DNA from: a virus
IMG/VR virus record: IMGVR_UViG_3300032282_002092
Location: 9,458-73,457 of that record
Strand: one strand, 5' to 3'
DNA length: 64,000 nt
Part shown: one piece after another, positions 41,189-50,570 of the stretch
Layout: each line of letters starts with the position of its first letter
Numbering within the stretch: the stretch's first letter is position 1
The notes under the pieces: generated by a model
The model's input: only the letters and a program-made list of their open reading frames with translations
Database searches by the model: none
What the model was told of the DNA's origin: nothing
Translations under genes and position numbers: made by a program

Positions 41189-42771
41189 CCCCTAAAGAAA
41201 GGACTGTCGTATACTTCAACTGTTGGAACCGTCTCGTGAATTGTACACGCACAGGCTAACGCCAAACTGTCAACATAGTCATCGTGAGCCTCTCGCTCAT
41301 TCTCCGGTGCCTGTACGAGCATATATTGCCCCTTCATCACCTTTTCTACGTCAGTCATCTGCTGCCTGAAACGCCTCCAAACACGCGTTCGACGGGCTTT
41401 GGAATGGCCGGGGTATACGATCAGTCCTCGCTGTAACAGCGCAATAAGGTGCTTCCAGCGCTCCGCTTGGTTCTTGGAGTCACTGTTGTACGGAATGACC
41501 TCGCACCGGCCCGAAAAAAGGCGCTTCAGACGGTCGGCTACTGCGGACCCCATGCCCTGTGCGTCCACGCCGATGTAGAGAATGTTGTACTGATCAAGGA
41601 ATTCCATGATCTGGAAGTACTGCTCCTCCCATTCGGCGTTGTGAATCTCCAGCCAGTTGAGGATGCGGTGCTCACGGAAGCCAGCCGCATCCGTGTAATC
41701 CCAGTCCACCCATAGCACGGTTACAACCGTCGAATCTCGCACACGGGCTGGGTCAATACCGACCACGACCGGCGTTCTCCACCACGACCGGACAAGTTGC
41801 ATGGAGGGGTCACCGAGACGATCAAGGTCGTCTTCGGTGATCAACATTCCTCGCTCAATCATCCATTTGAGGTTGTAGGACATCTGGAATTCTTCCGAGT
41901 CCTCACCTAGACGCAGTTTCTCCTTTTCGATGAACTTTGCGTAGGAGGCGTTGTACTTGCCGACCGTCTTGTAGTCGTACTCAAAGTGATTCTGGCGCTT
42001 TCTGGACTGAGAGCCACGGCGCTTGTTCAACTGGATTGCCTTGTAGAAGTCGCCAGTGTGATATGCCGGGGTCCCGATCTTCACGATGGTGCCTGCATAG
42101 GCGGCAAGCATGGGGTGGACGGACTTACGGATGACTTGGTCATCTGCGGCCTGAGCCTCGTCAACAACGATGATGTGGTACGACGAACCCTCAATCTTGG
42201 CTCTAGGGTTGGCGGTCTGCCGTCGGCACATCGAACCCGATTTGAGACTGATCATCTTGGACCGACCGTCAGGCCGCTCATCGATTTCTGGGTCCTTGAA
42301 GATTTCTACCGCACGGTCTGAGGTCAGGCGCTTGACGATACGACCGAACACGATCTCGCTCTGATCGTCCACTGGCGCAAAAACACCAACCCAGAGGCCA
42401 CGGTTGAACCTTTCCAGCATCGGGAACGACTGCGCCAACTTGGGAAGCACCACCATGCATCCTGCGAGCACCGTGGCGAGCGTCTCGCTCTTACCGGACT
42501 GACGTGCCCAAAGGGCTGTGATCTCTTCAGCGTCATTGATTACCAATGATTCGATAAGGCGATATGCCAGTTGACGCTGATATGGGCGCAGTTCAAAACC
42601 AGCAAGTTCTTCGCAGAAGACGATGATCCGCTTGATCAACTGGTCAACGAAATCCGCATCCTCTTCAGATAGTTCCATTTCCGGTTCGTCATCAAACGGT
42701 TGACTCTCGTCAGGACTCTCGTCCCACACGGAATCTTCTGGATATCCCAAATCTTCGATCATTTCAGACAC
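41185..42771 (-). CDS. terL: Terminase large subunit
   Basis: LRPYQ, Walker A ARQSGKS, Walker B IIVVDEAQ, GTP, nuclease GIDPA and HDDYVDS. Confidence 0.95.
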   Translation of the reverse strand: MSEMIEDLGYPEDSVWDESPDESQPFDDEPEMELSEEDADFVDQLIKRIIVFCEELAGFELRPYQRQLAYRLIESLVINDAEEITALWARQSGKSETLATVLAGCMVVLPKLAQSFPMLERFNRGLWVGVFAPVDDQSEIVFGRIVKRLTSDRAVEIFKDPEIDERPDGRSKMISLKSGSMCRRQTANPRAKIEGSSYHIIVVDEAQAADDQVIRKSVHPMLAAYAGTIVKIGTPAYHTGDFYKAIQLNKRRGSQSRKRQNHFEYDYKTVGKYNASYAKFIEKEKLRLGEDSEEFQMSYNLKWMIERGMLITEDDLDRLGDPSMQLVRSWWRTPVVVGIDPARVRDSTVVTVLWVDWDYTDAAGFREHRILNWLEIHNAEWEEQYFQIMEFLDQYNILYIGVDAQGMGSAVADRLKRLFSGRCEVIPYNSDSKNQAERWKHLIALLQRGLIVYPGHSKARRTRVWRRFRQQMTDVEKVMKGQYMLVQAPENEREAHDDYVDSLALACACTIHETVPTVEVYDSPFFRG

Positions 42772-42793
42772 TGTTGATTATCCTCTATAAAGT

Positions 42794-42988
42794 CTAGGCT
42801 TTCTTTGCCTTTTTGTCTTTTTCTACTGGGGCTTCGCCCTCTTTCAAGACAAACGGCCTGACCGTCAGTGATTTCAGAGAAGGACAGCGATGCACCGGTA
42901 CGCTCGTCAGGCGTACCGGTGACTTGTAAACATTTGAGCACTTAGGACAGTGCCATATGCTGGAGAACTGATCAGTCGCCTTCGACAC
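42794..42988 (-). CDS. Small Zn-ribbon-like protein
   Basis: WHCPKC...H.C. Confidence 0.45.
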   Translation of the reverse strand: MSKATDQFSSIWHCPKCSNVYKSPVRLTSVPVHRCPSLKSLTVRPFVLKEGEAPVEKDKKAKKA

Positions 42989-43271
42989 TGATCGTGACTT
43001 CCATCAGATTCTTCTTGAGTCGGCGCTCGTTCGCACGATAATGCTGATAGTACGTAGCACTCTTCGTACGACAAGCGTCCCCAAGGCACCCCTTCTGCCG
43101 TCGGTAGAGCGATGAACTCGTGCATTCAGCAGAGTCACAGTCTGGGTCCAGACCACAAACGCCAAGTTCCGACACCAAAACCGGCTTGGGTTTGCGTCCC
43201 GGTCGCTCTGTAAGCAGGTGGGCAATGGTTTGTTCAAGTGAAGTAATACGATCTTCTAACCCGTCAGACAT
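42972..43271 (-). CDS. Cys-rich hypothetical protein
   Basis: C..C...C...Y....GC...C; coupled ORF. Confidence 0.55.
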   Translation of the reverse strand: MSDGLEDRITSLEQTIAHLLTERPGRKPKPVLVSELGVCGLDPDCDSAECTSSSLYRRQKGCLGDACRTKSATYYQHYRANERRLKKNLMEVTISVEGD

Positions 43272-43668
43272 TCTGTGTAGTTCCCTTCTTACGTCCCGGC
43301 TTCCGACGCTGCAAATCCAAATCTTTTGCCATGCGACGCGTCGTCGCCAAACTTAACTGCATAGCGCTGGCGATGTCATCAAGAGACATCGTTGATTGCT
43401 GCCACAAAAGTTTAAATCGCTCAATCACCGTCACATCGACGTTCTTGCGGTTAGAGGTGAAAGAGGTATTTGGGGAGGTGCGTCGCTTGGTCTGGACAGA
43501 CTTGACGGGCTGGCACATGCTGAGTACTGCTGCGTCAATGTCTTCCTGAGTCCAACCGGAACGGGTGAGTGCTTCGATTACAACGGGCTTCCACTGGTTA
43601 CCGGCCCGACAGGCCAGAATCCGTTGGTCGTAGGAAATATCCGCTTCAGGATAGTTGTCAATGGTCAT
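43264..43668 (-). CDS. HTH DNA-binding protein
   Basis: MSLDDIASAMQLSLATTRR helix-turn-helix; start re-called after TATCTT-N7-ATG. Confidence 0.6.
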   Translation of the reverse strand: MTIDNYPEADISYDQRILACRAGNQWKPVVIEALTRSGWTQEDIDAAVLSMCQPVKSVQTKRRTSPNTSFTSNRKNVDVTVIERFKLLWQQSTMSLDDIASAMQLSLATTRRMAKDLDLQRRKPGRKKGTTQNV

Positions 43669-43681
43669 GTGTGCAAAGATA

Positions 43682-43939
43682 TCAACGATTTTGCAACAAT
43701 ACAACCCGTCGGCGTAGAAGTGAGCGGATTCCTGCCTGCGCATCTGACAGGGCAGTGTCGCAGTAGTCCAGCATTGCTGGTGCGCTGACGGCGTTTGAGG
43801 TGCGGAAACTATCAAACTGCGCCTGAGCAGTGCCCAATGCCTGTTCAACCAGTAGGTATAACGTCTCCTCGTCCAGCCGGTCGAACCTTGAAGGTTCGGG
43901 GATAGACGGTGCTTTGGGGGTCTTCTTCAGCCGAATCAC
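43682..43939 (-). CDS. Hypothetical protein
   Basis: Coupled ORF. Confidence 0.55.
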   Translation of the reverse strand: MIRLKKTPKAPSIPEPSRFDRLDEETLYLLVEQALGTAQAQFDSFRTSNAVSAPAMLDYCDTALSDAQAGIRSLLRRRVVLLQNR

Positions 43940-44298
43940 TCCAGTTCACCATCCACGATCTCGTATCCGGTACCCCAACAGGCGGGACAGTAATCGTCTG
44001 GCTCCTCACCGCAGTACGGGCAGACCCGTACCTTCTCGCCCCACAGAGAAATCTGCTTCGGACGGTGCTCTAGGTTCCTGCCACCGAGTTGTTCAACAAG
44101 ATCTTTGCTGGGCGTACGCCTACATAAACCAATATGGAATGCCCGGTCCTTGATCCTAATGCGGATTCCAGATCGTCCAAACGACTTCCTGAATGGTGGG
44201 TCTAGTTCGACAAGCCATGCCAGCGAGAAGACCTTCGGATCCGTCGGTTCGTCCTCCTCGCCCCAATAAAGCGGACCAAAACCGTGTACCTCAATCAA
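43936..44298 (-). CDS. Hypothetical protein with a C-terminal CxxC...CxxCxGxG zinc finger
   Basis: CPYCG...CPACWGTG. Confidence 0.6.
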   Translation of the reverse strand: MIEVHGFGPLYWGEEDEPTDPKVFSLAWLVELDPPFRKSFGRSGIRIRIKDRAFHIGLCRRTPSKDLVEQLGGRNLEHRPKQISLWGEKVRVCPYCGEEPDDYCPACWGTGYEIVDGELE

Positions 44299-44311
44299 TT
44301 GTGTGCTCCTA

Positions 44312-44665
44312 TTAGCGGCGGCGGGAACCCGGTGCGCCTGTGTGTGTAGATGCTGCGGTGATCTCGTCCGGTGTCATGCGCTCATATGCATAGTCATTCA
44401 GGACAGCGTTGATTCGCCTACCCTTCGATACCGCACGGACAAAACTTCTGAAGCCCTCATAATCGACCTCACGGTAGATGTAGCCCTCGTCGGTACCACG
44501 GTTGGTCCATCGGACCTGCAAAGCATGGTTCTTGTAGTCATACCGATAATCACGAACACGGGACGACGCTGTAGCGCTGATCCACGGACCACAGTCGGTA
44601 TCAATGCCGAGATAGCCCTGTGAAGACGGCTTAACAATTCCACTGCTAGTACCTACATACGGCAT
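44312..44665 (-). CDS. KTSC-domain protein
   Basis: SSRV....YD.....LQVRW...Y.Y..V.......F..A.SKGR..N. Confidence 0.75.
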   Translation of the reverse strand: MPYVGTSSGIVKPSSQGYLGIDTDCGPWISATASSRVRDYRYDYKNHALQVRWTNRGTDEGYIYREVDYEGFRSFVRAVSKGRRINAVLNDYAYERMTPDEITAASTHTGAPGSRRR

Positions 44666-44688
44666 AAGGTTTCCTCTAAACTAGTGAG

Positions 44689-44940
44689 ATGGAGAGTGAA
44701 CTGCAAATTGGTGTAGCCTACGACGGTGAGACACTTGGGATCATTCTCATTGTACACGACGATGATACTGACTTCTCATGTGCCATGACACCATCTCAGG
44801 CCGGTTATCTAGGGACACGTTTGATTGCACTAGGCAAGGCAATGGGCGGTCTGGAGGATGAGGTCGCTGGTATGCCTCTTGAACGTGCTGAGGCGTATAT
44901 TGACACTTGGGTGAAGCGACTGCTCGCTGAGTACAACTAG
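44689..44940 (+). CDS. Hypothetical protein
   Basis: TAAACT-N6-ATG leaderless start. Confidence 0.55.
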   Translation: MESELQIGVAYDGETLGIILIVHDDDTDFSCAMTPSQAGYLGTRLIALGKAMGGLEDEVAGMPLERAEAYIDTWVKRLLAEYN

Positions 44941-44977
44941 TTGCTTTCCGTTCACAGGAGAGGATACACTGCCCCAC

Positions 44978-45487
44978 ATGGATCCGCAATTTGAAAAGGG
45001 TTTCATAGCCAAGGTTGAGCAGGACGAGGACACCGAGAAGTACCGATTGGTGCTGAACTGGTATGACCACGACGCTGTTGACGAGGTTGTTCTTCCACAG
45101 GAGTTTGACTCTCTGGAGGAAGCGATGGTCAGTGCGAACCACATCAGCAATGACGTGATCCAGAGTTGGGGTGATCTGGAGGACTTTGATAGCCCTGACG
45201 ATGCGGATATTGACGGCATCCCACAGGCGCTCGCAATCCTCCTGAAGTTTGCCAAAGAGTACAAGAACGTCGATATTCAGGGAATCAAACGCACCCATAT
45301 TCCAGAGGAACTACTGGAGGCATTCGGGGACATCTCCGATGACTACATTTCTGGACTCCTGTTCGGCTTACCGATGGCGGTAGCGGCTCTTCCCTATCTA
45401 GACGATACGAATCTGGGCGAACTGAAGTATCTGGGTTGCCTCGCCAGCCTGCTGCAAGGGCTTCTCGCCCTTCGCAAAGCGGGATAA
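44978..45487 (+). CDS. Acidic hypothetical protein
   Basis: TTGCTT-N18-TACACT-N7-ATG; Asp/Glu-rich. Confidence 0.65.
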   Translation: MDPQFEKGFIAKVEQDEDTEKYRLVLNWYDHDAVDEVVLPQEFDSLEEAMVSANHISNDVIQSWGDLEDFDSPDDADIDGIPQALAILLKFAKEYKNVDIQGIKRTHIPEELLEAFGDISDDYISGLLFGLPMAVAALPYLDDTNLGELKYLGCLASLLQGLLALRKAG

Positions 45488-45495
45488 GACTTCCT

Positions 45496-45577
45496 GCCCG
45501 AATGGCGAAATAGGCAAACGCAGGGGACTTAAAATCCCCCGTCTAACGACTTGTGGGTTCGATCCCCACTTCGGGCA
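45496..45577 (+). tRNA. trnL: tRNA-Leu, anticodon UAA (reads TTA)
   Basis: Acceptor stem GCCCGAA/TTCGGGC plus discriminator A; anticodon arm GGGGA-CT-TAA-AA-TCCCC (45523-45539); long variable arm; T arm GTGGG-TTCGATC-CCCAC; CCA not encoded. Confidence 0.93.
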
Positions 45578-45581
45578 CTGA

Positions 45582-46208
45582 CTACCGTGGGTTCAGATCG
45601 TCTGGATAACCAGCGTCTGCCCAGCCCTTGTACAGAATTCCTAAGCGATCTACCTTGTGCTTGTCAAAGATGTACGACAAGTTGCCGGGAGTCTCCAAGT
45701 GATTGACAAACGGGATGACGGCGTTAAGCCTGACGGCATCCATGCGCTGCGCAGGGAGTGCAGAGAATAGATCGTGGTGTTCCTGACCCGGAGGTGGTCC
45801 TACGTGTTCAACCTGACGACCGTATGCCATACTCATATCGTCTGCATACGTAACTGGAAGTATTGAGCGCTTGGGGATCAAGTACTGGTGCCAGTACTTG
45901 CGTTCAGGCCAACTTTCAAGCGTCTTAATATGTGGTGCCGTAAAGATAGTTCGGTGTGAGCCGACGTAGTCGTGAATATGTCCACCTGTGTACTCAAGAC
46001 CCATGTTGGCAGCAATCCGAGGATCGTTTAACGCCTCATGGAACTTTGTGCCCGGTGCCTCGTTCAGACGGCTTTCCTGCTCAATACCAAAGCCTGCGTC
46101 GTATGCTCCTGAATAAGTACTCAGGTGTGGTGCCATTTTGCGATCTGAGGCATGCCAAGTAGTAATCCACTCGTCCCTAGTGGGAGCGGCAACATGTAAG
46201 CGTCTCAT
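45582..46208 (-). CDS. ADP-ribosyltransferase-like protein (putative)
   Basis: TWHAS strand 1 and IPFVNHLETPGNLSYIF (aromatic-x-N-x-x-E...S). Confidence 0.45.
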   Translation of the reverse strand: MRRLHVAAPTRDEWITTWHASDRKMAPHLSTYSGAYDAGFGIEQESRLNEAPGTKFHEALNDPRIAANMGLEYTGGHIHDYVGSHRTIFTAPHIKTLESWPERKYWHQYLIPKRSILPVTYADDMSMAYGRQVEHVGPPPGQEHHDLFSALPAQRMDAVRLNAVIPFVNHLETPGNLSYIFDKHKVDRLGILYKGWADAGYPDDLNPR

Positions 46209-46757
46209 TTACCGATTTCTCTTGAAGTCAAACTGTGGCTTATTTGGATCTCCCAAATCCATCTTGACGACACCTTCGCCGGGATGCATACGGCTGATCA
46301 GCGGTTCTGCGGCGATGTATACCGGAATATGCACTCCTTGACGCATTGCTGCAACTGCTCGGTGGTGTCCGTCAAGAACAAGGTTTCTGTCAAGACCGAT
46401 ACCACCGATATTGTGTTTAGTCTGCGCAGCGATAACAGGCCGTAATACACCGTGCCTAAGCACTGACTGCTCTAAGTCTCTCATCTTGTAATCAATATTG
46501 CCGTTCAGTTGGTCGTCTGTAAGGTTATGCCAGTCAAACTCATGCTGCGTTGGAGCAAAGTGGTTCTTAAATTCTAAGGGATGAAGGATGTTATGAGCAC
46601 GAACCCAAATCTTGTCGCCGTGGTTCCAGAGCGGTGCCACAACTGCGCGACGGTTGTTTTGCAATGAATAGTTAAAACGCTCCATATGCTGGGTATCACG
46701 CTTGGTAAGGCGGCTATCAAGAGGCACACCGCCGCTACGTGTGTTTAAGTAGACCAT
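46209..46757 (-). CDS. ParB/Srx-like domain protein
   Basis: L..SV..HGVLRPV...VLDGHHRAVAA...G..IPV. Confidence 0.75.
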   Translation of the reverse strand: MVYLNTRSGGVPLDSRLTKRDTQHMERFNYSLQNNRRAVVAPLWNHGDKIWVRAHNILHPLEFKNHFAPTQHEFDWHNLTDDQLNGNIDYKMRDLEQSVLRHGVLRPVIAAQTKHNIGGIGLDRNLVLDGHHRAVAAMRQGVHIPVYIAAEPLISRMHPGEGVVKMDLGDPNKPQFDFKRNR

Positions 46758-46768
46758 ATGAGTACCTT

Positions 46769-47305
46769 CTAAACCTTCCTAGAGCGTCGAATAGCATTTC
46801 TTACCCATAATCTAGCATCTTTTAATTCATCTTTAGAAACAGGTTGAGTAGTGTCCATAAGATAACTAACATCTGCAACGCCTCTACCATGTACGTAACT
46901 TGACGGCCACTCTGGATTGTACCCAAGATTATTTTCTTGCCATTCCGATGGGTCCCTATCGGGAAGAATAAGTCCGGCCTTAATGGCTCTTTCCACTAAG
47001 GGTCTACTGTTGCTAGACAGACTACTTGAGTGGGTAATTGGACCTAAATCCTTGTACCTATTAAACAATAGTCCCAAAACCGTAGGGACATGAGTTCCGT
47101 GAGCCAGCGAACGGTCAGCCATGAGATAGTGAACCACAAGAGGATCGTGCTCACTAACACTATTGCCGCTATCGGTTTCTGACTCAAGGTCAATCGTAGG
47201 GTGATACTCACCAACGTAATCAGTATAAACAGGAGTTTTGCTTACTGCGAAAAACTGTGATCCACTCCTGTTGTATAAGTGGCGCTGTCTATACTCAATA
47301 GTCAT
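46769..47305 (-). CDS. Array family A (GNAT-like), divergent member
   Basis: VPTVLGLL...ITHSSSLSSNSRPLVER...GLILP...V...EL..AR...R aligns with the three HPNMR proteins. Confidence 0.55.
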   Translation of the reverse strand: MTIEYRQRHLYNRSGSQFFAVSKTPVYTDYVGEYHPTIDLESETDSGNSVSEHDPLVVHYLMADRSLAHGTHVPTVLGLLFNRYKDLGPITHSSSLSSNSRPLVERAIKAGLILPDRDPSEWQENNLGYNPEWPSSYVHGRGVADVSYLMDTTQPVSKDELKDARLWVRNAIRRSRKV

Positions 47306-47994
47306 TTTTCATCCCAAGGCACTTCAGAAATAGTCCAACCGTCATCTGTAACTTTAGTACTTGTATTCCTATGGCGACGCTGCATCTTACGGATGTGCTT
47401 GGTGTGATCACTCTCATGTACACCAACCCAGTCATTAGGCAACGGTGTAGGTAACGGCTTACGAGCATTAACATGCATCAAGTTAAAAGCAGGCGACGGT
47501 ACCAGCAGCGACAATCGGGAATAGGAACCGGGATGGATCCATTTAGGTACCTCTACATCGTTTTGGTACGCAATGGTCTTGTTAGCGCCCAGTGCCTCTA
47601 CGGCCTCGTCAACCTCTTCGGACTCCCAGTCAGGGATATTTCTACGGTTTGATGACGAAATTGCCGTCTTGGTAGGAACGCTGAATCCGTGGCGTTGAAG
47701 CATTACCTTCTGTGCAGCGTTTGCGGTCCAATCGGTAAACACGTTTGGGTGAACCTCAACGTGGTCAGCAAACTGTAAGGGGTTACTCCGGTACCCCTTT
47801 TCAAGGGAATGCTTCATGTATCGGGAAGTTTCTTCATAGCCAACGTGCAAAAGGGGAGCATGGATGAACGTGCGGTACGGGCGATCAGAGACGTGGTACA
47901 CACGCTCCTTGGGCAGGTACTCAAATTCAGTGTCATCCCAAGGTTCCTTGAAATATTGGAAACTTTCGGCAGTTCGGCGCAGGCTAATAGGCAT
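47302..47994 (-). CDS. ADP-ribosyltransferase-like protein (putative)
   Basis: VYHVS, LHVG and IAYQNDVE...SLLVP motifs; start MPISLRR follows GAGGA. Confidence 0.45.
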   Translation of the reverse strand: MPISLRRTAESFQYFKEPWDDTEFEYLPKERVYHVSDRPYRTFIHAPLLHVGYEETSRYMKHSLEKGYRSNPLQFADHVEVHPNVFTDWTANAAQKVMLQRHGFSVPTKTAISSSNRRNIPDWESEEVDEAVEALGANKTIAYQNDVEVPKWIHPGSYSRLSLLVPSPAFNLMHVNARKPLPTPLPNDWVGVHESDHTKHIRKMQRRHRNTSTKVTDDGWTISEVPWDEK

Positions 47995-48005
47995 ATGAGA
48001 GTCCT

Positions 48006-49490
48006 CTACAGGTTGTGCTTGTCCCAAAGTTTGTCAACGCTGTTGCGCGCCTTTTCTGCGTGCTCTTCCTTCAGACCCTTAGGAAGTTCGGGAGCGGGAC
48101 CCATACCAGCACGGTGACGTGCGTATGCCTCCGCATATACCTTCTTTTCCTTATGAACAAGTTTTCCAAGCCACTCATGGACGACAGGATGTAGTTCTCC
48201 AGATACAGCACGTTCCTGAGCAGTACTTGCCTGCTGATCACGGTTCAGTTTGTCAATGTGAGCCTTGACAAGCCTTCCGTGAAGCGGACTGACACCCCAA
48301 TCCGTAACTGGCCTGTTGTTCCTGCGCTCAGTCCTGAGAATATCCGCTTGATGTTCTCTCCAAATAATAGTGTCTTTATATGACTTTTCTGAATTAATAC
48401 CGGCAGCAAGCGCCTCTCCACGAGGAGAACGCTCCGGTGTGCCTGTGGGGGTACCACCGAACTGATCTGTCTCTGGCACAAGATCGGGGAACATGGACAA
48501 CTGAACACGCTCACCATCAATAGCCTTCATGCGTGTACGCCACTCATCACGGTGTGGGTGTTCGCCAGTCACAGGATCGGGATGAGAAATAGCGTGCATC
48601 AACATCCGCTGCGCTGCACCGATATCTGTGGCGATATCCCGCTTACCGTCAACAAGGTCACTCTTCAAGACACCAGCCAGCCGTGCGGCTCCGTGAGCAG
48701 TTGAGTCAGGAACTACCTTGCCAGAAGAGAAGGTTTCTGCACGAGCCTGCTCAAATAGTTGCGGCCCAAGTGCAGAATGGGTTGAGAAGTATTCAGGACG
48801 GTAAGCCCACTGTCCTTTACCATTGGTGTGAAGTAGACGATAGCCTTCAGCACTACCTTCTGCTACTGGAAGTGACATGTCGTGGATGGGAATAGACTCA
48901 AGTTCTGACAGTCCACCACCGGCCCGATAACGGGCTGCAAGTTGCTTGGATACATCAGAATGCGGATCAAGCGCTACACCCAACCTTGCCGACTTATCAT
49001 TCTCAAGCATTTCGTGGCGGCCAAGGTCGTTCTGGAGCGAGTGCGCTGACTCGTGGACCAAAGCGCCACGCTTGTCATCCATAGAATCAAGCCTGCCAGC
49101 CTTATACCTAATGTTTTTACGGGCTGGATCGTACTGACCACCAGTATTTCTTCCTAATTCATGTGCTCCGTAGAAACGCATATAGTCTGAATCAGACTCA
49201 CTGGCTACACGTACACCGGCTTCCTTGATATCTGCAAGAGGCATAGTGCTGCCAGCAATAGCGTCCCTAACCTCGTTAGTTGGACCCATGCGCCCACTTT
49301 GAGCGTCATGCTTGTCAACCCATTCACCAATTTTTGATCTACCAATAGCAGCGTCATACCCATAGTGACTCTCAACAACACTTTTACGGGTCTGGGACGG
49401 GGTCATCAGCCCCTCTAGGGGCAGCACGTATTGGCCGTTGTCCTCCATATGAGGCTCATCGCCGCCGCCACGCCTTCTGCTAACGACCAT
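48006..49490 (-). CDS. Zincin-like metallopeptidase domain protein
   Basis: GGQY...I...ALVHESAH...PVAEGSAEGY. Confidence 0.65.
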   Translation of the reverse strand: MVVSRRRGGGDEPHMEDNGQYVLPLEGLMTPSQTRKSVVESHYGYDAAIGRSKIGEWVDKHDAQSGRMGPTNEVRDAIAGSTMPLADIKEAGVRVASESDSDYMRFYGAHELGRNTGGQYDPARKNIRYKAGRLDSMDDKRGALVHESAHSLQNDLGRHEMLENDKSARLGVALDPHSDVSKQLAARYRAGGGLSELESIPIHDMSLPVAEGSAEGYRLLHTNGKGQWAYRPEYFSTHSALGPQLFEQARAETFSSGKVVPDSTAHGAARLAGVLKSDLVDGKRDIATDIGAAQRMLMHAISHPDPVTGEHPHRDEWRTRMKAIDGERVQLSMFPDLVPETDQFGGTPTGTPERSPRGEALAAGINSEKSYKDTIIWREHQADILRTERRNNRPVTDWGVSPLHGRLVKAHIDKLNRDQQASTAQERAVSGELHPVVHEWLGKLVHKEKKVYAEAYARHRAGMGPAPELPKGLKEEHAEKARNSVDKLWDKHNL

Positions 49491-49562
49491 TAGAATCTCG
49501 TGTTTCCGGTAGACGAGTGACCTGCTGAGTTGTTACTCGTGTTGGGTAATTCGTATACGACG

Positions 49563-49784
49563 TTAGATCCGTCTACTAATGACGCCACTAAGGAACGACC
49601 TGACACGACCCTTGGGGATCTCGGGTCGGGGGATTCCGTGAGGGGATGCCCAGTCTTCACCTTCCTCCTTGGAAGGGCGCTGACCAGAGCCTTCTGGATA
49701 CGCACCCTTAGGAAATGGGCGAGGAATGGGACCGGCGTGGTCGGCTTCCGTGTAAACATCATCATTGTCCCGATTATTAGTCAT
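49563..49784 (-). CDS. Small Pro-rich protein
   Basis: TATCAT-N7-ATG start; internal repeat IPRP.(.)PKG twice. Confidence 0.45.
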   Translation of the reverse strand: MTNNRDNDDVYTEADHAGPIPRPFPKGAYPEGSGQRPSKEEGEDWASPHGIPRPEIPKGRVRSFLSGVISRRI

Positions 49785-49797
49785 GGTTTATATGATA

Positions 49798-50421
49798 TCA
49801 GTAGTCTGTGTGGCTGTTGTGTGCTCGCCTGAATTGATAGTTACGGCCAGCAAAATGCCCAGATACGGACGAACTTCCGCTCAGATCGTGCCAAATACTC
49901 CGTATAGAGGATGGATCTGTAGTGCGTAATTCTTCTGCATTTGTAGCCTTAGTATCTGGATCTAAGTGAATTTTTCCAGATCTAAGTTGTTCATTAATAT
50001 CACTATGATGCTTAGAAACCAAATCATGTAGGTGCTCTGGACCTTCATACTTAAAGTCGTCAACATCTTTAAGCGAGTTAAAGTTAGTAAGCGGAATACC
50101 ACCCTGCTCTACACCGAAATGAGTGAGTCCCCAACCGTACAGGTTTGAACGATCTCGCTCCCTCTGCATAAGTTCTACATGGGTTAGAGCGCCAGACTCG
50201 TGTGGGAACTGTAATACTAAAGAGTTAGTAATACTGCCGTGCGGACTGTCTGATGTCCAAAAATCGGGACGGTTAGCCCATCGGTCAAAATGGGGTACGG
50301 CAGGCAACCGCTTACCGCCAAGCGCTGCGTACGTCCCCCCCAGTTCAATACCAGCCTTTTCCTGCAAATTCAGGAAATGCTGTCGGAATTGATGAGAATC
50401 AAATGCTTCAGGTGTGGGCAT
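49798..50421 (-). CDS. Array family B member
   Basis: FRQH, LGG..LP, PHESG and GPEHL...H motifs. Confidence 0.65.
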   Translation of the reverse strand: MPTPEAFDSHQFRQHFLNLQEKAGIELGGTYAALGGKRLPAVPHFDRWANRPDFWTSDSPHGSITNSLVLQFPHESGALTHVELMQRERDRSNLYGWGLTHFGVEQGGIPLTNFNSLKDVDDFKYEGPEHLHDLVSKHHSDINEQLRSGKIHLDPDTKATNAEELRTTDPSSIRSIWHDLSGSSSVSGHFAGRNYQFRRAHNSHTDY

Positions 50422-50423
50422 GT

Positions 50424-50570
50424 CTAACTCCTACCACCGGGGCGGTTTCTGGGCGATATTAAAAGCGTTATTGGGTCCACTGATTCTTCCAAATACACGG
50501 CGTACGCCACGGGATCCACCTGACCATGCTGTCTGAACCGGTTAGGGTCAAAATCCTTGTGGACGCTCAT
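50424..50570 (-). CDS. 48-aa ORF carrying the family-B N-terminal motif (not in the ORF track)
   Basis: MSVHKDFDPNRFRQH...; the ATG abuts the upstream stop. Confidence 0.45.
   Translation of the reverse strand: MSVHKDFDPNRFRQHGQVDPVAYAVYLEESVDPITLLISPRNRPGGRS

Noticed and set aside
45496-45577. tRNA as a prophage attachment site
   Set aside because: No integrase and no duplicated tRNA 3' end seen; phage-type genes lie on both sides.
49490-49765. 91-aa minus-strand ORF
   Set aside because: The overlapping ORF 49563-49784 has a -10-N7-ATG start and is preferred; this one is not fully excluded.
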